From Gemmata obscuriglobus (GTDB lineage Bacteria; Planctomycetota; Planctomycetia; Gemmatales; Gemmataceae), in assembly GCF_008065095.1 (NCBI RefSeq), contig NZ_CP042911.1, forward strand, positions 5,070,001 through 5,102,000: a stretch of DNA of 32,000 nucleotides, read 5' to 3'. The notes beneath the pieces are model-generated. The model worked only from the letters and a program-made list of their open reading frames with translations. It did not search any database and had not been told where the DNA came from. Shown here piece after piece: positions 26,039-32,000 of this stretch. Within the stretch, counting starts at the first letter, position 1. Each line of letters starts with the position of its first letter. The position numbers and the translations under genes are program-made.

Positions 26039-26244
26039 AGTTGGGCACCTCCGTTGGTGCCGGGGTTATGGCGAACCCGCGGGGGTGTGTCAACTTCAAG
26101 TCTGACGCCCGTGCTTACAGGTCGTCAATTGGCTTCAGCCCACAAGTTACAGCGCTCAAACTCCACGACTGGAGTTGGGAAAGTCGGAAGTCAGAGATCG
26201 AAAGCCAAGTCGCTCTCATCTACGACTTCCGACTCTCGTTTTGC

Positions 26245-27561
26245 TTAATACGGCCACGCGGCGGTGATCTGAAGCAACCCGGCCTTCGTGTCCTCGAACG
26301 ACGACCGCTCGCCGACGTCCTGCCGCAGGAATTTCTCGACCTTCGGCATCAGTTCGAGGGCCTTGTCCACTTGCGGGTCCATTCCCCGGGTGTACGCCCC
26401 AATGCGGAGCATGTCCTGGATGTCGGCATGGGTCGCCATGATGGCACGCAGTTTTCGAGCCGCCTTGGCGGACTCGCGGTCCACAACGTCGGTGGCCACA
26501 CGGCTGATGCTACGCGACACGTCGATGGCGGGGTAAAAGCCGCGCTCGGCGATCTTGCGGTCCAGCACGATGTGGCCGTCCACCAGCCCGCGCACGTAGT
26601 CCGCGATCGGCTCGTCCATGTCGCCGCCGTCCACCAGCACGGTGAGCAGCGCGGTGATCCCGCCGACGGCGGCGTTGCCGAGCCGTTCGACGGTGTTAGC
26701 GAGCGTCTGGAACACGCTCGGGGTGTACCCGCGGCTGCTCGGCGGTTCGCCCAACAGCAGCCCCAACTCGCGCTGAGCCATCGCCAGGCGGGTGAGGCTG
26801 TCGATGACGAACAGGACGTTTTGACTCTCGCTGCGGAAGTAGTCGGCGATGGCGATGGCCGACTGCGCCGCCCGCACCCGCATGAGGGCGGTCTGCTCGC
26901 AGGTGGCGACGATCACCACCGAGCGGGCCATGCCTTCCGGCCCGAGCACGTCTTCGAGGAACGGCGCCACCTCACGGCCCCGCTCGCCGATCAGGGCGAT
27001 CACGTTCACGTCCGCCTGCGACCCCTTCGCCACCTCGCCGAGCAGGGTGCTTTTTCCGACGCCCGAGCCGGCGAAGATGCCGACCCGTTGACCGCCGCCG
27101 CACGTCAGAACGCTGTCGATGGCGCGGATGCCGGTCACGAACGGTTCGCGGATGCGCTGCCGCTCCATCGCGGGCGGGGCCGGGCGGTTGACCGGCTTCA
27201 GCGGGCAGTCGGCCAGCGGCCCCTTGCCGTCGAGCGGCCGCCCCAGGCCGTCGATCACGCGGCCCAGCAGGTTCTTGCCGGTCGGGACCATGAGGCCCTT
27301 GCCCTTTCGGAGCACGGGCATCCCGGGTTGGAGGTTCTCGGCGGCGTCAAACGGCACCAGGTAGGCAAGGTCGTTTTCGAACCCGATCACCTCGGCCAGC
27401 ACCGGCTCGCCGTCGCGCGGCAGGATCGCGCAGTGATCGCCTACGGCAGCCGGGATCGCGCAGGTCATGCGCCCGGTGACGCTCTTGAGCCGCCCGCCCA
27501 TGCGGTACAGCGGGGTCTGAGTGATGCTGCGGCTCATCGCTGACATATCAAGACCGAGCAT
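26245..27561 (-). CDS. fliI: Flagellum-specific type III secretion ATPase FliI
   Basis: Walker A GIFAGSGVGKSTLLG and Walker B VLFVIDSLTR are present, along with F1/FliI-type motifs (GERGREV, PPSSRGYTPSVF, ITALLTVLVDGGD). The start is ATG 27561 (14-nt overlap with fliH), or alternatively ATG 27546 or 27537. Confidence 0.95.
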   Translation of the reverse strand: MLGLDMSAMSRSITQTPLYRMGGRLKSVTGRMTCAIPAAVGDHCAILPRDGEPVLAEVIGFENDLAYLVPFDAAENLQPGMPVLRKGKGLMVPTGKNLLGRVIDGLGRPLDGKGPLADCPLKPVNRPAPPAMERQRIREPFVTGIRAIDSVLTCGGGQRVGIFAGSGVGKSTLLGEVAKGSQADVNVIALIGERGREVAPFLEDVLGPEGMARSVVIVATCEQTALMRVRAAQSAIAIADYFRSESQNVLFVIDSLTRLAMAQRELGLLLGEPPSSRGYTPSVFQTLANTVERLGNAAVGGITALLTVLVDGGDMDEPIADYVRGLVDGHIVLDRKIAERGFYPAIDVSRSISRVATDVVDRESAKAARKLRAIMATHADIQDMLRIGAYTRGMDPQVDKALELMPKVEKFLRQDVGERSSFEDTKAGLLQITAAWPY

Positions 27562-28231
27562 TCTTCAGGCTCCGTAAGAGTTCGTCACGAATTTCGTCCA
27601 GCTCGCGGACCACGTCCGACAGGAGCATAGACTCGCGGCCTTCGACTTGGCAGTCGCCGCGCCCGAGGTTCGGGTCGGCAACAAATCGCGGGTCGCCGCG
27701 GTAAGGGACCAGAGGGCGCCCGCCGAGGCGGGCGTTGAGCAGCGCGAGATCGGCTGGGTTCAGTCGCACCGTGACGGCCGCGTCGTCACCGAGCTGGGCG
27801 ATCATGTCGCTCACCTTTGCGTCGATGGCGAACGAATCCGATTCGATGCGCTCGTGCAGCAAGCGGGTTGCGATCGTCAGCGCCAGTTCGACGGCGGCCT
27901 GCTGCCACTCGACCAGTCGGTCGTTCCGGTCGGTACGGACCCGGTCGACGGCAGCCTTCATCGCGCCCAAAACAACTTCGATACGCTCGCGGTCCTCGCG
28001 CAGCTCTTTGGAAACGTCGGGCTGCACGAAGCCGCTCGGCGGCGGTGCCGGTGTAGCGGGCGGAGCGGGCGGCGGGCTGACGACCACAGGTGCGGGCGGC
28101 GGAGCGGGTACAGCAGTCGGCGGCTCGAGAGCGGCGACGATCCGGACCCCGCGGAGCGGACGAGTGAATCGGACGCGGAACTCGTGCGACCCGGGTTGAT
28201 TTCCCCGGCGGGCGACCGGTGTTGACCGCAT
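27548..28231 (-). CDS. fliH: Flagellar assembly protein FliH
   Basis: The FliH/YscL-type C-terminal domain is recognisable (LVEWQQAAVELALTIATRLL...VTVRLNPADLALL...GRGDCQVEGRESMLLSDV). It precedes and overlaps fliI. The ATG at 28231 has GAGGGGAG about 5 nt upstream. The listed ORF opens at GTG 28288. Confidence 0.8.
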   Translation of the reverse strand: MRSTPVARRGNQPGSHEFRVRFTRPLRGVRIVAALEPPTAVPAPPPAPVVVSPPPAPPATPAPPPSGFVQPDVSKELREDRERIEVVLGAMKAAVDRVRTDRNDRLVEWQQAAVELALTIATRLLHERIESDSFAIDAKVSDMIAQLGDDAAVTVRLNPADLALLNARLGGRPLVPYRGDPRFVADPNLGRGDCQVEGRESMLLSDVVRELDEIRDELLRSLKNARS

Positions 28232-28542
28232 GAAACTCCCCTCGCTCACTTCCGACCCCACACCAAGCGGTTGGGTGATGCCAGACACACGGCGTGCGGA
28301 TACCCACTCGGGGCCGAGTCCGCAAGAGTCTGGGTGGTGGAAACGAACAATTTCACAATGGATCAGGTTCGTTTGGTGGGAGCGGAGGTTGGAGGGGATT
28401 TCTGGAGAAAAAGAGGTAATGAGTAGTGGGTTTCGAGCCGGTTCGGGAAAGTTATTGTGAAGGCAAAAGAACTCTCGACGAGACTCACTCTCGTGCGAAA
28501 TCGTCCGTAGAAGGGGTTGTGAAACTGCTAAAAACGAGTTGA

Positions 28543-28652
28543 CTAGTGTTCCGTCTACGCTAAATTTTCGGGTCGAAGCGCCCTGCTTTTGCAGGAATTC
28601 CCTGTGGATACCACTTCAGCAACCCGAAAGTTTAGCGTGGATGACGCACTAG
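28543..28652 (+). repeat. 110-nt long-stem hairpin / inverted repeat (MITE-like or structured RNA) in the fliG-fliH spacer
   Basis: Arms 28543-28573 and 22622-28652 are not the pair; the correct arms are 28543-28573 (ctagtgttccgtctacgctaaattttcgggt) and 28622-28652 (acccgaaagtttagcgtggatgacgcactag). They pair over 31 positions with only 2 mismatches. Several positions are G:U on a + strand RNA but C:A on a - strand RNA. The 48-nt apical part contains cctgc-tttt-gcagg (28582-28595). Confidence 0.6.
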
Positions 28653-29046
28653 AGAGGTTGCATCGGATTCTCGAAAGGCACTCAAGGGGCACTCGTCACA
28701 AGGTCATGTTTAGTCAGTAGATGCCTCTCCCTGTGATGTGTGGACGCGAGTTTCTGTCATCAGTTTCTATGTGATGGCGCGTGCCGCTCGCACAGCTCAT
28801 CCGAGTCAATAGCTGGTAACTGCGACAAGAATTGAGCTGAGCGCAGGATAGCGATTGAGACGCATTGTCTCAATCGTTCTCAGAAGTTTCACGTTCCACC
28901 TAAAGCCTCAAAGCACACGAGTGGCCGGGGCTTTTGCTGAGCTGGTCCCCAACTTGAAACTTGGAACCTGAAGCTACTGGTGTTGAATTCGCGTGACGCC
29001 ACTATTTTGTCGTCGTCGCATCAGCGAGCATCAAATCCAGCGTTTC

Positions 29047-29075
29047 AAGTCCGATTCCCGAATCGGACTTTTTTC
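29047..29075 (+). terminator. Canonical intrinsic terminator on the + strand, antisense to the flagellar operon, with no upstream + strand ORF
   Basis: A 10-bp stem, aagtccgatt (29047-29056) pairing with aatcggactt (29061-29070), has the loop cccg. It runs into a T tract (t29069-t29074). The reverse orientation has no U tract after the stem. Confidence 0.55.
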
Positions 29076-29184
29076 GGGTTCAAGTGCGAAGTGATCAAAC
29101 TGCACAGTTGTGGCGGCATTCAGAACAGGTTCCTTATTCGCGCCGAGGGGCATTTCGGCGCGTCCGCTGTCATCGCAGATGCCG

Positions 29185-30162
29185 TCAGTCCATGGTGATC
29201 TGGCCATCTTCTTCGCCTTTGCGGACAGCGGCCAAGACCGTGCCCTGAGCTTCGCGCACCACCGAATCCGCGATCGACCCGAGCAACTCGCTTTCCTCCT
29301 CAAGCACCGACTTCGACCGGCTCGACATGTTGGACGTTACCTTCTGCCGGATCGCGGGAACCGCTCCCTTGAGGGCCACGGCGACGGTTTTCACGTCCAA
29401 CTTCCCGAGCAGCATCTGGATCTGCCGGTCCGGGATACGGAGCAGGTCCTCCATGCGGTACAACTTCTCGACCACCCGCGAGGCGATTTCGGGATCGGCC
29501 TGTTCGAGCTTTTGCACCACCGGCATGCGGTCGTTGCGCGGGAACGACCGGAGCATGTCGGCGAGGTTCTGGATCAGCTCCTCCTGCGACGGTGCCGATG
29601 GCACGTCCCGGAGCTTCCGCGTTTTCTCGACCACCGCCTTGGCGAGCGGTTGAAGCAGGGAAAGATTGCGTGTCCCCGGCTTCGCGATGCGCAAGGCGAT
29701 ATCGGCCCGCTGCTCCGCCGGGAGCCGGCGGATAATCTGCCCGACGGTGGCCGGATCCAAAGCGCTGAGGATCAGCGAAACGGCCCCGGCCTGTTCGCCC
29801 TCCATTGCGCGGGCGAGTTGGTCCGGGGGGATGAGTTTGAGTTCGTCGATCGGGTTGGCCGGCGGCGGTTGCTCGGCTGCGATCTCGTCGGGCGACATTG
29901 CGGCCCGGCGGCGGATCAACCGTAATAGGTCGAAGAACTGGGCGAGTGCGTCGTCCAGTTCCGCGATGGGGGGCGGCTCGCTGGGAGCCAAGCGGAGGCG
30001 CCGGCGCAGGCGCATGCTCGACTCCAGGCTGAGCTGCGATAGGACGTTCTCGGCTACGTCCACCGGCAGCACTCGGAGCAACATCAGGGCGGCATCTTCG
30101 CCGTTAGACTCAGCCATGCGGGCTACCAGTTGGGCAAAAGTCGAGCGGGTGCGTTGGGTCAT
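29185..30162 (-). CDS. fliG: Flagellar motor switch protein FliG
   Basis: The ATG at 30162 lies 1 nt after the fliF stop (TGAGATG). The FliG C-terminal motif is present: IPDRQIQMLLGKLDVKTVAVALKGAVPAIRQKVTSNMSSRSKSVLEEE. The listed ORF opens at TTG 30207. Confidence 0.9.
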   Translation of the reverse strand: MTQRTRSTFAQLVARMAESNGEDAALMLLRVLPVDVAENVLSQLSLESSMRLRRRLRLAPSEPPPIAELDDALAQFFDLLRLIRRRAAMSPDEIAAEQPPPANPIDELKLIPPDQLARAMEGEQAGAVSLILSALDPATVGQIIRRLPAEQRADIALRIAKPGTRNLSLLQPLAKAVVEKTRKLRDVPSAPSQEELIQNLADMLRSFPRNDRMPVVQKLEQADPEIASRVVEKLYRMEDLLRIPDRQIQMLLGKLDVKTVAVALKGAVPAIRQKVTSNMSSRSKSVLEEESELLGSIADSVVREAQGTVLAAVRKGEEDGQITMD

Positions 30163-30163
30163 C

Positions 30164-31735
30164 TCAGATTGACTTCTCGCCAAGCATGACACTGAGCACA
30201 TGCACAACGGTGGCAGGCTCGTTTCGGGCCATGGTCTGGAACCGAATCAGCTCGGCGTTGCGCCGTTCTTCCGTCGTGGGCGGCGGGGTCGGGGCGACCG
30301 GACCGGTCGGACCCGCACCGGCTGTCTCTGCTCCGGGTTCAGTTCCGGTTGCCCCTTGAGCTTCCGGAACCGGCCGGCGGCGAAGGAGTAGCAGCCCAAT
30401 TACCAGGAAGGACAAAACGGCCGCGAACGCCACACTCAAGTTCCGCGCGAGGCTCACATACGTCTGGATCCGCTGAAGCCGAACGAGCGTGTCATCCGGT
30501 TCCCCGGCGTTCGGTCCGGTCAGCGGTGCGCGAGCGATTGTAACACTGTCGCGTCCCGGACGGAAGCCGACTGCTTGGCGGATAATTTCTTCCGCGTCAG
30601 CTTGGCTGATAACCGCTTGCCCATCGGCTGCCGTCAGATCCACGAGGGCCGCAACGCTCAGGCGGGTCACCGCTCCGCTACCCTCTTCAATGTCGCGGAG
30701 CGTTTCAGAAACAAGGAAGTCGGTCTGGATCACCTCTTCTTTAGACGTTCCGCCACCACTACCGGCATTGGCGGTGCTTCCACCGGTGCGGGTGATGTTC
30801 GCGGTTGCGCCTGTCACCCCACCGGCCCGGGTCCCCGTGCTGGTCGAGTTGGCAGTTCGTTCCGCCACCCCGACGCGTCCATCAGGCGAGTAGGTTTTAA
30901 CACGTTCCTTGATTTTCTGGAAGTTCACATCTGCGCTAACCCGAATCACCGCCCGACCGGGGCCGAGAGTCTTGCTTAACATCTCCTCGGCCTTCGTGGA
31001 GAGATAAGTCTCAAGTCGCTCTATGTATTCAAGTTGCGGCGTCGGAAGCCCGCTCCGGGCCGCAGCGTTCGGGTCAGACAGCAGTCGCCCACCGGTCTCC
31101 ATTACGGTAACATTTTCGGGCCGCAATCCTTCAATACTGTGTGCGACCAGCGAGACGATGGCGCCAGCCGTTGCCGGGTTCATCGTCATCCGCGGTTTCA
31201 ATTTTATGACCACACTGGCCGTCGGGTTCTTCTGGTCCCGAACAAATGGAGATGGTTCGGGCTTGGCGATCATCACCCGTGCCGACTGTACCGATTCCAT
31301 TTGCATGATGGAACGCGCTAGCTCGGCCTGGAGTGCCCGCTGATAGTTGACGCTCTGGACGAACGGGGTGGTCATGAGCGAGGTTTCGTCGAACACCTCG
31401 AACCCCTTGCCACCACGAGCCGGTATGCCGGCACCCGCCAGCGACACCACCGCCTCGGCGTATCGCTCGTCCGGGACCTCGATCCCGGTTCCTCCGCTAC
31501 TAAGCCGGAACGGAATCCCGTCCCCGCTGAGGCGGGTGCGCATGGCGGACACGTCCTCGGGCGGGAGCGGCCCGGCGCCGAGCGGCGTGTACCGGCCCCC
31601 GGGGGAGAGGTACACCACCGCCCCGAGCGCGAGCAGCACGCCGAGGAAGCTCAGGACCACGCCGATGCGGCGACCGGCGCTGAGACCGGCCCAGTAGGCG
31701 CGGGCTTGTTCGAGCAGGCGGTTGAACACGTCCAT
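30164..31735 (-). CDS. fliF: Flagellar M-ring protein FliF
   Basis: ATG at 31735. The N-terminal TM is GVVLSFLGVLLALGAVVYL and the YscJ/FliF-family region reads MTTPFVQSVNYQRALQAELARSI...ARVMIAKPEPSPF. A second TM lies near the C-terminus (VAFAAVLSFLVIGLLLL). The gene is followed by fliG. Confidence 0.9.
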   Translation of the reverse strand: MDVFNRLLEQARAYWAGLSAGRRIGVVLSFLGVLLALGAVVYLSPGGRYTPLGAGPLPPEDVSAMRTRLSGDGIPFRLSSGGTGIEVPDERYAEAVVSLAGAGIPARGGKGFEVFDETSLMTTPFVQSVNYQRALQAELARSIMQMESVQSARVMIAKPEPSPFVRDQKNPTASVVIKLKPRMTMNPATAGAIVSLVAHSIEGLRPENVTVMETGGRLLSDPNAAARSGLPTPQLEYIERLETYLSTKAEEMLSKTLGPGRAVIRVSADVNFQKIKERVKTYSPDGRVGVAERTANSTSTGTRAGGVTGATANITRTGGSTANAGSGGGTSKEEVIQTDFLVSETLRDIEEGSGAVTRLSVAALVDLTAADGQAVISQADAEEIIRQAVGFRPGRDSVTIARAPLTGPNAGEPDDTLVRLQRIQTYVSLARNLSVAFAAVLSFLVIGLLLLRRRPVPEAQGATGTEPGAETAGAGPTGPVAPTPPPTTEERRNAELIRFQTMARNEPATVVHVLSVMLGEKSI

Positions 31736-31806
31736 GCGTCACCCGATCGTGTCTGACAAAGAAGGAGCGGTGTGCCGAGCGCGGGCCGCGTCGTGCGGCC
31801 CGGGGA

Positions 31807-32000
31807 CTACACCTGCATGCGGGTCACTTCTTGGAACGCATCGGTCAGCCGGTTTCGCAATTCGAGGATCAGCCGGAACGAGAGGTCCGCTTGCGCCACG
31901 GCGAGGCTGACCGTGTGAAGATCCTGGGCCTCACCCGTTGCGAGCGACTGAACCGCGGCGTCGGCGCCGCGGTTGGCCTCAATGTTGCCGTTCAGCACGC
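31807..32000 (-). CDS. fliE: Flagellar hook-basal body complex protein FliE (C-terminal part; 5' end outside the window)
   Basis: The C-terminus ...DLHTVSLAVAQADLSFRLILELRNRLTDAFQEVTRMQV* matches the conserved FliE end (..A.LS.Q....VRN....AYQEI..MQV). It lies directly upstream of fliF. The listed M at 31998 is a GTG codon and probably internal. Confidence 0.75.
   Translation of the reverse strand, partial: VLNGNIEANRGADAAVQSLATGEAQDLHTVSLAVAQADLSFRLILELRNRLTDAFQEVTRMQV

Noticed and set aside
28267-28283. A sigma54-like -24 element (TGGCAT on the minus strand) upstream of the fliH ATG.
   Set aside because: The -12 position reads AACC instead of TTGC at the required spacing, so it is not a credible RpoN promoter.
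28230-29198. Small + strand ORFs in the fliG-fliH spacer (28230-28460, 76 aa; 28980-29198, 72 aa).
   Set aside because: Neither has an SD-like sequence or a recognisable motif. The first begins inside or antisense to the fliH start region. The second reads straight through the intrinsic terminator hairpin.

Overview
High-GC bacterial chromosome segment. Hand counts give about 68% G+C in a coding line. The gene content (a TIGR03067-type secreted paralog, a Cys-type sulfatase, a SUMF1 paralog, a 1407-aa TPR protein, PDZ proteases) suggests Planctomycetota, possibly Gemmata-like; this is inference only. Left to right, the window holds: a 5'-truncated ECF sigma factor, an SDR oxidoreductase, a TIGR03067-like protein, and a HEAT-repeat/aldo-keto-reductase-like fusion on the minus strand. 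Divergent from that fusion is a self-contained two-gene cassette: a retron-type reverse transcriptase with an N-terminal extension, translationally coupled (ATGA overlap) to a SUMF1/FGE-fold protein that lacks the catalytic Cys pair. Next come a PQQ-like beta-propeller, a P-loop kinase, a DEAD-box helicase, an arylsulfatase, a UAP1-like UDP-sugar pyrophosphorylase and two trypsin-fold/PDZ proteins. The second PDZ protein has a substituted catalytic triad and a nested PDZ domain. A giant TPR protein follows, then an IS-rich junction with one apparently intact IS inserted into an older transposase fragment plus a frameshifted IS3 remnant. The window ends with a minus-strand flagellar cluster: fliE(partial)-fliF-fliG, a 0.95-kb low-GC ORF-free spacer, then fliH-fliI-fliJ, a MotE/YlxF-like gene and a FliO-like gene. 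The most interesting candidate is the RT + SUMF1-fold cassette, which has no visible msr-msd. The second is the structured, ORF-free spacer that splits fliG from fliH. The many long ORFs lying antisense to clear genes are treated as high-GC artefacts. No rRNA, tRNA or CRISPR array was recognised.
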